From: a virus
Taxonomy: Duplodnaviria > Caudoviricetes
Reading direction: 5' to 3' (one strand)
Length of the DNA: 64,000 nt
Virus record (IMG/VR): IMGVR_UViG_3300005326_000046
Span: 16,004-80,003 of that record
Below the pieces are notes generated by a model. It saw nothing but the letters and a program-made list of their open reading frames with translations. It made no database searches and was not told the origin of the DNA. How positions within the stretch are numbered: the first letter of the stretch is position 1; each line of letters starts with the position of its first letter. The position numbers were made by a program, and so were the translations under genes. Shown one piece after another: positions 35,060-43,903 of this stretch.

Positions 35060-36267
35060 ACGAACTACGACTGATCCACACGGCAGACTTACATCTCGGC
35101 ACTGAGGCTGGCCCTGTTGACACGGACGGCCTCGGGCCGAGAACGTCGGATGCAATCCGCCGCCTCAGCGATTGCATCGAATACGCAATCCAAAATCACG
35201 TTGACCTGTTCGTCTTTGCTGGCGATGCGTACAAGTCGCGCAACCCGACCCAAACGCTACAGCGCGCCTTCGTGCGCCAGATCAAGCGCCTGGTGGGCTA
35301 CGGCATCACCGTCGTGCTTGTGCCAGGCAACCACGATCGGTCGCGCAACGTCAACCGTGCCAACGTGTTTGACGTATTTGAGGCACTGGACATTCGCGGC
35401 GTGATCGTTGGTCAAGACGGCTTGGCGCAGACGATCACGACATTGTCCGGCAAACGCGTCTGGCTGGCAACCGTGCCGTATCCCGCGACCAACGGCATGG
35501 ACTCGGCAGAGGTTGAGACACTGTTGCTCAAGGACATTGACAATGCAGCTTGGACTGCGTCTCAAGCCGCCCCCGTAATGGTTCCGCGCGTGCTTGTCGG
35601 ACACTTCGCCCTAGCAGAGGCGACGCCTGGCGCAGAGCGCGGCATCATGGTCGGGCGCGACGCAACCGTGCCGGTGTCGCGGCTGAACGCGGACGTGTTC
35701 GACTATGTCGCTTTGGGTCACATCCACAAGCACCAGGAATGGGGCGAAAATGTCGCCTACTGTGGCAGTATCGAGCGCGTGGATTTTGGCGAAGAAGGCG
35801 ACGCGAAAGGCTGGCTTGACGTAACGATTGACGCCAACGCGAAGACGACCGTCAACTTCATCGAACAGCACAACGTGCAGGCTCGGTCATTTGTCACCCT
35901 GCGAGCCGACGTGCGGCAAGAAGCGAATCCTGCGGCCGCGATTCGCGGCATGGTTGACGAAGCAATCGCGGGAGGGAAGATCGCGGATGCGGTTGTGCGG
36001 CTTGAGGTTATGCTGCTACCAGAACAGCAGGGCGCGCTGAACGAGGCAGAGGTCAACGCCAGGCTGGACTCTGTTGCGCAGTCACACGTCATGCACAAGA
36101 CGATCGACCGCGTGGATCGCAAGCGGCTTGGCGGCGCGTCTGCGGAGTCCATGACGCGCGAGGAATTGCTACGAAATTTCTTCGTGGCGAAGGGGATAGG
36201 CGATGCCGATACAGAAGCATTGGTCGATCAAGGTGTCGCTATTATGCAGGAGCAGTCGCATGGGTAG
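35056..36267 (+). CDS. sbcD: SbcD/Mre11-like metallophosphoesterase nuclease
   Basis: HTADLHLG, FAGDAY, PGNHD, LVGHF, LGHIH and YCGS motifs. Confidence 0.95.
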   Translation: MNELRLIHTADLHLGTEAGPVDTDGLGPRTSDAIRRLSDCIEYAIQNHVDLFVFAGDAYKSRNPTQTLQRAFVRQIKRLVGYGITVVLVPGNHDRSRNVNRANVFDVFEALDIRGVIVGQDGLAQTITTLSGKRVWLATVPYPATNGMDSAEVETLLLKDIDNAAWTASQAAPVMVPRVLVGHFALAEATPGAERGIMVGRDATVPVSRLNADVFDYVALGHIHKHQEWGENVAYCGSIERVDFGEEGDAKGWLDVTIDANAKTTVNFIEQHNVQARSFVTLRADVRQEANPAAAIRGMVDEAIAGGKIADAVVRLEVMLLPEQQGALNEAEVNARLDSVAQSHVMHKTIDRVDRKRLGGASAESMTREELLRNFFVAKGIGDADTEALVDQGVAIMQEQSHG

Positions 36268-36607
36268 AATGTGGACGCCATCTGAGACGCTGACGCGGGT
36301 CACGCTGAAACAGATCAATGCCAACACGGAGAATAAATTCTGTACCGTCTGTGGAAGAGAGATGCGTCTTCGAGCGACAAAAGAGGGATACGATCGGTTC
36401 ACGGGCGAACGTCTGATAGAGATCAGGACAGAGTGTCCAGCCATAGGCGAAAAGCGCGGACTGTTTCGGCGCCTTGTTGAACACTTCGCGCTGGGTGAAG
36501 CGTCGCATGATTCATGGTGGCTGGGTGGACTGCGACAGTCTGAGTTCGACGCCTTGGACGAAGAGACGAAGAGGAAATTCGTCGTTGACGAGAAGAGGCC
36601 ACAATGA
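36260..36607 (+). CDS. Hypothetical protein with CxxC
   Basis: ATG 36260; KFCTVCG. Confidence 0.6.
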   Translation: MGRMWTPSETLTRVTLKQINANTENKFCTVCGREMRLRATKEGYDRFTGERLIEIRTECPAIGEKRGLFRRLVEHFALGEASHDSWWLGGLRQSEFDALDEETKRKFVVDEKRPQ

Positions 36608-36948
36608 TAGCGATGCAGATTAGATGGTGGGACGAAAAAGATCTATGGATCCTGGCTTGTGACGCAAGGTGCGAGAAGGCCTGGGGAATGAACAGCCAGC
36701 CCAAGGTAAGCATGTCGGAAGACGAAGACGATTATGCATACCTTGCCGACGATGAACTTGGCATAGCACCAGATGACCCAGGCACGTATGAAGGGTTCCA
36801 GGCAAAGCCGATGTGCGCAACGAATCGTCTGAATAAGTGGTGTGCTCGGGAGTGTGAACGGTCCGTCATGGCGAAGCCAAACACTGAATTCGATCTTCCG
36901 AATCTTGCAGTGCGGCTTGGTAACATGCGGGAGTACGTTGATGACTGA
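36604..36948 (+). CDS. Hypothetical phage protein (LNKWCARECERS motif)
   Basis: ATGA-coupled; Cys-rich motif. Confidence 0.7.
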   Translation: MIAMQIRWWDEKDLWILACDARCEKAWGMNSQPKVSMSEDEDDYAYLADDELGIAPDDPGTYEGFQAKPMCATNRLNKWCARECERSVMAKPNTEFDLPNLAVRLGNMREYVDD

Positions 36949-37171
36949 ACGAATATACAGGCTCGGAGCGATTGTCACTGTCGCCGAAGATGCGGCCAAA
37001 TCGTGCGTAGCGCTTGTTGAACTGGAGAGGTTCCAAGCCATGCAGTACTCTCCAGAACTATGGGCCATGGTACACGCGACGACGTGTCTCTTCCGGGACG
37101 CGCTGAACGGGTTCGAGAAGATTGAGGCTGAATTCGCAGCGGAAGGAGCGCGGCAAGTTGAACGAGACTGA
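36941..37171 (+). CDS. Hypothetical protein
   Basis: ATG 36941. Confidence 0.6.
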   Translation: MTERIYRLGAIVTVAEDAAKSCVALVELERFQAMQYSPELWAMVHATTCLFRDALNGFEKIEAEFAAEGARQVERD

Positions 37172-37355
37172 ACATCCTGACGCGGTTAAGGACGCGTACT
37201 ACCTGGCCTTCACGGCAGACACGGATCCCGCGGCGGCCATGGAGCGGTTCGCGCAGAAGTATGCTGAAGCGCCGCGCTGTTCCTTCGTCTCGCGCGGCAA
37301 TCTTCTGGTGGGTCCGATCCCGGAGCATGCCACCAGGAACGGCGGGCGGAATTAG
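37158..37355 (+). CDS. Hypothetical protein
   Basis: SD AAGGAG, TTG 37158. Confidence 0.55.
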   Translation: MNETEHPDAVKDAYYLAFTADTDPAAAMERFAQKYAEAPRCSFVSRGNLLVGPIPEHATRNGGRN

Positions 37356-37420
37356 CGATTGGGCAGCAAAACGATAATTTGTCAACGCGGAATTGTAAAC
37401 AACGATAATTTGGAGGCGGC

Positions 37421-37606
37421 ATGAGTGACCTGGAAGAGATCAAGGGAATCATTGGACTATTGCCGGAGGGCGAGCGGATGACGGTAGACCTACTCGCGAC
37501 GGCCATCCGGGCAATCGTCATGAGCAATAAGAACGGCGTATTGGCAATGTCGCTGGTTGGCATCGAACTGAGTAGCTCGATCGACGACGGCGGCAGCGAT
37601 CAATAG
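37421..37606 (+). CDS. Hypothetical protein
   Basis: SD GGAGG. Confidence 0.6.
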   Translation: MSDLEEIKGIIGLLPEGERMTVDLLATAIRAIVMSNKNGVLAMSLVGIELSSSIDDGGSDQ

Positions 37607-37682
37607 GGACGCGCTGGCGTTGTGTGCAAAATGGGATGTTCACAACAACGAATTGCACACAGGACAGATCAACGGAGGCGGA

Positions 37683-37922
37683 ATGATGGAGCAACATGAG
37701 CGCGTATTCGGCAACTTCAGGCGGACGCAGGGCGGGATCGTCTACGATGACGATCCCAATGTGATGCTCTGCGGCATGGATAGCACACACGAGTTATTCG
37801 GCGCCGCTGTGACCGACGACATCAGCGAACTGTCGGTTGGTGAGAAGTTCTATGTTCGGGTGACCTATGAGACGATCAAGCTACCAGACGACGGAGGGGG
37901 CAATGCACACAAACTACCTTGA
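37683..37922 (+). CDS. Hypothetical protein
   Basis: SD GGAGG, ATG 37683. Confidence 0.6.
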   Translation: MMEQHERVFGNFRRTQGGIVYDDDPNVMLCGMDSTHELFGAAVTDDISELSVGEKFYVRVTYETIKLPDDGGGNAHKLP

Positions 37923-38346
37923 CATAAGAGGCCGGCTTGGAAAGCCCACGTGGTGGGACGAATACGCCGTGCCGCGCTACTGCGAATTCACTACAGATCG
38001 CATTGCCAATACCGGCGCGCGACAATGTGCCCTCGTAGAGATAGCGTGCCAAAGCTGCGGCCACAAGTATCAAGTAGCGGTGTCTAGCAGGGTAACTGAC
38101 CCCTATCCGCTAAGCACACTCATTGAACAACGATGGATGAATTATGGAGACCCGCCGAACTACTGCTGTTTCATGGGCGCGAGCGTGAACAGTATTCCAT
38201 TGCGCGTGTTGGAGTTCTGGATAATACATTCCGCAACGGGAATGGGATGGGAGCGTTTCGAGAAATATGAGAGCGCTGACATCGTGCCAGACTGGGCCAA
38301 GGATATCGTGGAGGAAATGCACCTGCTGGACAAGGGCGCGCCATGA
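37903..38346 (+). CDS. Hypothetical zinc-binding protein
   Basis: SD GGAGGGGG; ACQSCGH and HYGDPP-like motif. Confidence 0.7.
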   Translation: MHTNYLDIRGRLGKPTWWDEYAVPRYCEFTTDRIANTGARQCALVEIACQSCGHKYQVAVSSRVTDPYPLSTLIEQRWMNYGDPPNYCCFMGASVNSIPLRVLEFWIIHSATGMGWERFEKYESADIVPDWAKDIVEEMHLLDKGAP

Positions 38347-38621
38347 TTGAATACTGCCCCAACTGCTATGCAGAGTTGCTTCCACAACAGCAAGAGTACT
38401 GGAACAAATATGGTCTTCCAGAACTTGGCGAAGCGGCGTGTGTTGCTTGGATCCCGCCTATGTTCAAGTGCGAATGTGGATTCCCAGTCGACGGCATAGT
38501 GATAACGCTGGAAATACAAGATGGAAAGATCCTCCGGGAATCATGGATATGGCCCCAGTGGACGTGTTCACATTGCGGCAAGACCATCCCGGAGCGCGAG
38601 ACGCATCATTGTTCGCAGTAG
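38343..38621 (+). CDS. Zinc-ribbon protein
   Basis: CPNC, CECG, CSHC. Confidence 0.65.
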   Translation: MIEYCPNCYAELLPQQQEYWNKYGLPELGEAACVAWIPPMFKCECGFPVDGIVITLEIQDGKILRESWIWPQWTCSHCGKTIPERETHHCSQ

Positions 38622-38746
38622 CCGCTGGTTAGTATTGGCCCAGCGGCTGAGGCCTTTGTGGAACCCGAACTGTCAGTAAGGGTCAGATGGATCGTAGCAC
38701 AGAATCGCGCGGTCGGCAAGTCAACCTTAAAGATTCGCGCCGGCTA

Positions 38747-38775
38747 TTGATTTCCCGCCGCATGTATGCTATAGT
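38747..38775 (+). promoter_or_regulatory. sigma70-like promoter with truncated cassette (AACCTTAAAG at 38723)
   Basis: CTATTGATT-N17-TATAGT with TG extension; SD GGAGG then ATG 38793. Confidence 0.65.
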
Positions 38776-38792
38776 GTTCTGGAGGGGGAAGA

Positions 38793-38993
38793 ATGGACGA
38801 ACACAATGACGAAGACGAATTCACTGATCTGGGGGATGGATTCTCCATCAACATCACGTATCTGCAAACGATTGCCGACAGGATGGCTGCGCCTTGGCTA
38901 CGGCTCGCGGACGTTCTCGAAGAGGCGCGCATAGCCTTCGAAGAATTCAACGAGATAGCAGAGTGCTACGGTATAACGGTGGATGAACTCTGA
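38793..38993 (+). CDS. Hypothetical acidic protein
   Basis: SD and promoter upstream. Confidence 0.6.
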   Translation: MDEHNDEDEFTDLGDGFSINITYLQTIADRMAAPWLRLADVLEEARIAFEEFNEIAECYGITVDEL

Positions 38994-39355
38994 TGTCAAG
39001 CAAGAAGAAGGTGTCTGATTTTTTTGTCACAATTGGCCCCATATCGCCACCGGATCTACTAGGGCTAGTCGGTCTTGTTGATCCCGTTGTACGCAAACAC
39101 ATACTGGGGATGTTTATGATCCCTTCGCACATTATAGACTGCGACTTGGCGCGTCAAGCGGCAGAACAAGACCGCCTTTGGCGAGAAGAGAATGAACGCG
39201 TCGCAATGGAGTTTGGTATAACCGTAGAACAGGTTCGGGCACTGGACAATTCTCACCTTGGTCCAATATGGCGCGCGGCATGTCGCTCAGGTAAAGACGA
39301 CACGCGCAGACTGATTGAGATTTCAGAAAAATGGGTAGAAGAGGATAAAGCATGA
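38993..39355 (+). CDS. Hypothetical protein
   Basis: Coupled ORF. Confidence 0.6.
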   Translation: MSSKKKVSDFFVTIGPISPPDLLGLVGLVDPVVRKHILGMFMIPSHIIDCDLARQAAEQDRLWREENERVAMEFGITVEQVRALDNSHLGPIWRAACRSGKDDTRRLIEISEKWVEEDKA

Positions 39356-40047
39356 AAGAGCGACCGATTCTCTACGGCGCGCCGATGATCCGTGCGCTAA
39401 AGGCTGGCATCAAGACGCAGACACGACGAACGCGCGGACTTAAGGAACTCAATTCGTCTCCTGACAGTTGGGAAGTAATGCCATCCTGGTGCGACGGAGA
39501 GTGGATCTTTCATACGGACCCCTGGACCGAGGCTCATGGCATTGAATGTCCATACGGCAAACCTGGAGACGTTCTGTGGACGCGCGAGACCTTCGCCATT
39601 GAGAACAACTTCAACATGGGCGACTACGATCCACCGCTCAACGACGGCCGGCCCGTGCGAAGACATGATGATCCCGACTATGGGAAATGGTGGGAACAGT
39701 GTCACTACCGCGCCACGGATCCCACGCCAGAACTGGCCTACGAGGACAGCGGCAGCGAGCCGGATGTCCGTTGGAAGCCGTCGATCCATATGCCTAAGTG
39801 GGCGTCACGCCTCCGCCACGTCATCACTGACGTGAGTTTGGAGCGCTTGCTAGATATTACGTTTGACGACGCGATCGCCGAGGGCGTGTTCGCCGACTTC
39901 GATCCACAAGACGGGCATGGGTTCCGATGCGAAGCGCGCATCATGTTTTTCGAGTTGTGGGATTCGATCAACAAGAAGCGCGGGCTAGGATCCGATGTCA
40001 ATCCGTGGGTGTGGAAGATCACGTTTGAGGAATGCGGCAATGGATGA
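39352..40047 (+). CDS. ASCH/PUA-like phage protein
   Basis: RPILY..PMIRAL..G.KTQTRR, PYGKPGD.LW.RE, WKPSIHMPKWASR, DAIAEG, NPWVWKITF. Confidence 0.85.
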   Translation: MKERPILYGAPMIRALKAGIKTQTRRTRGLKELNSSPDSWEVMPSWCDGEWIFHTDPWTEAHGIECPYGKPGDVLWTRETFAIENNFNMGDYDPPLNDGRPVRRHDDPDYGKWWEQCHYRATDPTPELAYEDSGSEPDVRWKPSIHMPKWASRLRHVITDVSLERLLDITFDDAIAEGVFADFDPQDGHGFRCEARIMFFELWDSINKKRGLGSDVNPWVWKITFEECGNG

Positions 40048-40270
40048 TGCGCTCTTCGATCATCTAGATGGCATAATCGCGTCTGCTGAGACCATATCGT
40101 CCATGGTCGGTACCTTGATCCGGGTTGCCGAGAAGCTTGACGGAGAGCCCGAGCCCACGAACGTCCAGCTTCTCAAGAACATCTTGCGGGACGGCGTTCT
40201 GTTCATTGCGGCCGAATGCAAGACGATCGACGAGCATGTGGGGGCATTGGAAAAAGACGGCGATGCATAG
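40040..40270 (+). CDS. Hypothetical protein
   Basis: ATG 40040. Confidence 0.6.
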   Translation: MDDALFDHLDGIIASAETISSMVGTLIRVAEKLDGEPEPTNVQLLKNILRDGVLFIAAECKTIDEHVGALEKDGDA

Positions 40271-40691
40271 AGAACCCATCTGGGTCTTCAGGTACGATCC
40301 CCAACGATTCCTGTGGTTGTGCGGCAACGTGCACGGAGAGCTACACAACGTGTGCGATGAGGCGATAGACGCGTATTTCGAAGCACGTAAGCCCATGCCG
40401 ATTGGCGACAGCGTCCATCGCAGATTTCCGATCTACAAATATGGGGGTGTTACCCGGAAATGGCCGGTAAGCACAGAGACAATGAATTACGTTGGCGTAA
40501 CACTTGAGCGTTGGGTGTTCTACGATTGGCACATTACATTCTGGTGCAAGTTCGTTCCTGAAATTCCCGCATGGGTATGGCAGGGAAAAGAGTACGTCAA
40601 GCAATTGGATCCCATCAAATGCAAGGAGTATCTAGATGCCAAAGCACAACTTGATGAGCGAACGCACACAACCGGACCCCAGACCGATTGA
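40263..40691 (+). CDS. Hypothetical protein
   Basis: ATG 40263. Confidence 0.6.
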   Translation: MHREPIWVFRYDPQRFLWLCGNVHGELHNVCDEAIDAYFEARKPMPIGDSVHRRFPIYKYGGVTRKWPVSTETMNYVGVTLERWVFYDWHITFWCKFVPEIPAWVWQGKEYVKQLDPIKCKEYLDAKAQLDERTHTTGPQTD

Positions 40692-40968
40692 GGCCGTCAT
40701 TGCAGAGATTGAAGCGCTCTACAATCGCGGACGCGGTCCGCGACCGGTAGACAATCTGCGCTACGTGGGTAAGAAAAGCTGTACAAGGTGCGGCAGGCCA
40801 ATTGCTACAGCCGCTGCCTATCATGACCTCGGGGCAGGCAATGGAACCAATCTCTGTTGGGGTGATTGCCACCAAGAAGCGGATCTTACCGTGCCAATCA
40901 TGGACGTCATGCGCCTGGTGGATGAAATCCGCCAACTTCAACGGTCCCATGATGAGAAACAAGCGTAA
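40636..40968 (+). CDS. Hypothetical zinc-binding protein (start uncertain)
   Basis: SCTRCGR...LCWGDC. Confidence 0.55.
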   Translation: MPKHNLMSERTQPDPRPIEAVIAEIEALYNRGRGPRPVDNLRYVGKKSCTRCGRPIATAAAYHDLGAGNGTNLCWGDCHQEADLTVPIMDVMRLVDEIRQLQRSHDEKQA

Positions 40969-41297
40969 TGCCACCAGGACGCATATTTACCCGAAAAGAC
41001 ATAGAAACGGCAAAGGCGGCCCGTAGGACTAGGAAGTTAGCCGCTTTGCAGTCAAACGTGCGCTTCGATTGGCCAGACGATGCGCGCTGGGTGGACCTGG
41101 CAACGGAGCGCGGCGTTCGTCTGCCGTTGCGCCTAGCATTGTGCACGCCGGCAAGCATTGCGCGCTTCCTGCATCGGCTCGGGCGTGACGGCGCATGGTT
41201 CAAGAAGTGGAGCGGTTACAATCCAGCCGGGTGGATCGCGATGAACCCGCGCTGGTCGCTGCGCGCGGTAGTAGGACTCATACTAGAGGAACTATAA
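40968..41297 (+). CDS. Hypothetical basic protein
   Basis: TAATG overlap. Confidence 0.65.
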   Translation: MPPGRIFTRKDIETAKAARRTRKLAALQSNVRFDWPDDARWVDLATERGVRLPLRLALCTPASIARFLHRLGRDGAWFKKWSGYNPAGWIAMNPRWSLRAVVGLILEEL

Positions 41298-41307
41298 GGA
41301 GAGAAAC

Positions 41308-41682
41308 GTGAGTAAGCTTTTCAAACTAGAAGACGTGGTCAGTGTGGTTACCGGTTACTTCATGTCCGAGGACATCGGGGACATCTACGCCATCCTCAAT
41401 TACATGACAGGGGATGACCTATTCACTCACCAACTACCGCGCGCGGCAGATGCATGCAGGCCAAGCCTGATAGAACAACATCCACTTCTGGCGCAACTTG
41501 ACTTTGACGGCCTGGAACTCGAAGAGATGCGCGCCAAGATTGAGGAAGTGCGCCCGAAAACCGGCAATGAGCTGTGGGTTAGTCCGCTGGCAGAGTGGGA
41601 GCACAAGGGAGCCATCCGGGAACTTACCGAACTTGTGGGCGAAGATCGAGTGATCGTGCTTGACGTGGAGGGGCACGCATGA
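41308..41682 (+). CDS. Hypothetical phage protein (LNYMTGDDLFTHQLPRA motif)
   Basis: SD AAGGAGAG, GTG start. Confidence 0.75.
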   Translation: MSKLFKLEDVVSVVTGYFMSEDIGDIYAILNYMTGDDLFTHQLPRAADACRPSLIEQHPLLAQLDFDGLELEEMRAKIEEVRPKTGNELWVSPLAEWEHKGAIRELTELVGEDRVIVLDVEGHA

Positions 41683-42428
41683 AGATAGCAGAAGGCGAGC
41701 TGATGATTCTTGGGAGATGCAAGACTGACGGAAACGTCCTGTATCTGCCAAATGAACAGCTTGACCGCAAGACCTACGAGGCAGTGAACAAGTGCCTCGT
41801 TGCCATCGGCGGCAAGTGGGATCGGAAGTCGAAGGGGCATGTGTTTGACCACGATCCCGCGGACGATCTGGACTCCATGCTGTTGACCGGCGAAGTCACG
41901 GACACCAAGAAGCTCTACCAGTTCTTCCCGACGCCGCGACCAATCGCTGAGCAGATGTGCGACCTGGCAGAGTTGGATTCGACATGCACGGTCCTTGAGC
42001 CAAGTTGCGGGCGCGGCGACTTGGCCGATGTTATCTATGAACGCGGCGTGGCCGAGGTCTTCGGCGTGGAACTAAACCAGGGCATGGAACGATACCTCCA
42101 CGATAAGCCGTATGCCTGCATGGTTGGCGTAGACTTCCTGGAATTTGCGCGCGACGAGAATCACTATTGGGACCGGATCGTGATGAACCCTCCGTTTGCA
42201 CACGGACAAGACGTGCAGCATGTTCTCGCCGCGTACAAGCTTCTCGCTTCGGCTGGGGTCCTTGTTTCAGTGATGAGCCCGTCGCCGTTCTTCAGGGACA
42301 ACAAGGCGTCGGTTGGTTTCCGCGAATGGCTTCGTGAGGTTTATGCAGAGGTCATTGACGTACCTGAAGGTGCATTCAAAGATAGTGGTACGACGATCCG
42401 GACGAAGATTGTCAAGATAAAGAGGTGA
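41679..42428 (+). CDS. N6-adenine DNA methyltransferase-like protein
   Basis: QFFPTP, VLEPSCGRG motif I, DRIVMNPPF motif IV, FKDSGT motif VIII. Confidence 0.88.
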   Translation: MKIAEGELMILGRCKTDGNVLYLPNEQLDRKTYEAVNKCLVAIGGKWDRKSKGHVFDHDPADDLDSMLLTGEVTDTKKLYQFFPTPRPIAEQMCDLAELDSTCTVLEPSCGRGDLADVIYERGVAEVFGVELNQGMERYLHDKPYACMVGVDFLEFARDENHYWDRIVMNPPFAHGQDVQHVLAAYKLLASAGVLVSVMSPSPFFRDNKASVGFREWLREVYAEVIDVPEGAFKDSGTTIRTKIVKIKR

Positions 42429-42437
42429 GATAACACC

Positions 42438-42719
42438 ATGGCAGACGGAACGGGGAATGACGGCAACACACTACACGTCCCGGACAACGCGGCGCTGATT
42501 GTGCAATGGAACGGGCATCACGTTGAGCTTCATCACACGCAGGGAATAATCGTCGTCGACGGTGTGGCATGGGACATCGAGAGTCTAGCGCTGATCGGGT
42601 CGGATGATCCCATGAGGGTAACATTTTGGACGGAGAACGGCCGTCGCTACGCCTTTGTCCAGAAGCTCGCCAAGAAGCCGCGTGGACTACCCAAGGTCAC
42701 AAAGGGAGAGCAACGATGA
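42438..42719 (+). CDS. Hypothetical protein
   Basis: SD GAGGTG. Confidence 0.6.
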   Translation: MADGTGNDGNTLHVPDNAALIVQWNGHHVELHHTQGIIVVDGVAWDIESLALIGSDDPMRVTFWTENGRRYAFVQKLAKKPRGLPKVTKGEQR

Positions 42720-42976
42720 TGGAACGTCTTCGTCCCGTCTTAATCCTGCTTGAAATCTTCGGTGCTGCAATCTTCGTCTGCTGTGGTATAATAGCAGCGG
42801 CACACGGATTGGCCGCACATCCATTCCTGGCGCGCGTCGCAGTGAGCATGTTCCTTGCGATGATTGTACTCATTGTGCTGAATTGGGGCACGTCCACACT
42901 GAAACGGGGTGAGAATGCGGTGCGATTTCCATACGGCAATTATGAAGGAACTGGACCGGATCGAGGCGAAGATTGA
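42716..42976 (+). CDS. Two-TM membrane protein
   Basis: ATG 42716; two hydrophobic helices. Confidence 0.6.
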   Translation: MMERLRPVLILLEIFGAAIFVCCGIIAAAHGLAAHPFLARVAVSMFLAMIVLIVLNWGTSTLKRGENAVRFPYGNYEGTGPDRGED

Positions 42977-43062
42977 AACGCTGCACAAGGCATGCGATGA
43001 ACTTGGAGAGGACTTTCAAAAGTTGTTCAGCGAAGCGGAGGATCTGAATGTGGGAGAGGTAG

Positions 43063-43437
43063 ATGGTTGACGTTCCATACCAGTGCCAATTGCGCTTCGA
43101 GGTTTCGGGGACGCCGGTAGCGAAGCAGAGCTTTAGGTTTCGCTCGGGAGGTGGCTATCAGCCTCCGCGCGTGGTCGCGTGGGAGAAGGAAATCGCGCGT
43201 TGCGCGCGTGCGGCCATGGGGGATCGTCTGCCGTTCATCGGGCAGTGCGAAGTGCGGCTTGACTTCAGACTGCCAACCAAGCGCCGCGTTGACTTGGGCA
43301 ACCTGAGTAAGCCCGTGCTGGACGCGTGTAACAAGATCGCGTTCAAAGACGACAGTCAAGTCGTGCAGGAAACTAACACAAAGCGGCTGGACAGAGACAA
43401 TCCGGGCGTGTCGGTTGTGATCGTTGAATTGCCATAG
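43063..43437 (+). CDS. rusA: RusA-family Holliday junction resolvase (DLGN variant)
   Basis: GTPVAKQ, RVDLGNLSKPVLDAC, FKDDSQVV. Confidence 0.85.
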   Translation: MVDVPYQCQLRFEVSGTPVAKQSFRFRSGGGYQPPRVVAWEKEIARCARAAMGDRLPFIGQCEVRLDFRLPTKRRVDLGNLSKPVLDACNKIAFKDDSQVVQETNTKRLDRDNPGVSVVIVELP

Positions 43438-43445
43438 GAGCGTGC

Positions 43446-43688
43446 ATGGACAAAGACGATAGGCTAGACAGAGACGACAAGCTGGTCTCGCTTACCATCG
43501 CAATGATGAACGGGAAGCGCGTTCTCACGAAGGACATTGCGGAAGAGTTTGACATAAGCCTAACGACGTCGTGGCGGTGGCTTCGCAAAATCGCCAAGTT
43601 TACCAACATGCAGATAGACGATTGCGGCTACTGGTACATAGACAACATCCGTCGCAGACAGGTGCAGGTCGAGTACTTCCGCCCCTAG
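43446..43688 (+). CDS. HTH DNA-binding protein
   Basis: VLTKDIAEEFDISLTTSWRWL. Confidence 0.7.
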   Translation: MDKDDRLDRDDKLVSLTIAMMNGKRVLTKDIAEEFDISLTTSWRWLRKIAKFTNMQIDDCGYWYIDNIRRRQVQVEYFRP

Positions 43689-43903
43689 TCCTTCTTCTTG
43701 AACGCCAGGATCCTTTGACCGGTAGGCCCCTTGGCCCACCGCTGTGTTAGCCGCCCCTCTCGAACCTCTTTCTTCAGCAGATTACGTGCCACATCATCGT
43801 CAATGTCCATTTCTTGCGCCAGATCACGCGTAGTGACTTCCCCTTCTTGCAGTTCCATGAGCATGTATCGGTCGCGCAACTCGCGCAGAATGTCGCTATT
43901 CAA
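43685..43903 (-). CDS. Winged-HTH protein
   Basis: VTTRDLAQEMDIDDDVARNLLKKEVREGRL. Confidence 0.7.
   Translation of the reverse strand: MNSDILRELRDRYMLMELQEGEVTTRDLAQEMDIDDDVARNLLKKEVREGRLTQRWAKGPTGQRILAFKKKD

Noticed and set aside
38620-38648. 9-bp hairpin AGCCGCTGG/CCAGCGGCT after a stop codon
   Set aside because: No U-tract and a long loop, so it is not called as a terminator; function unsupported.
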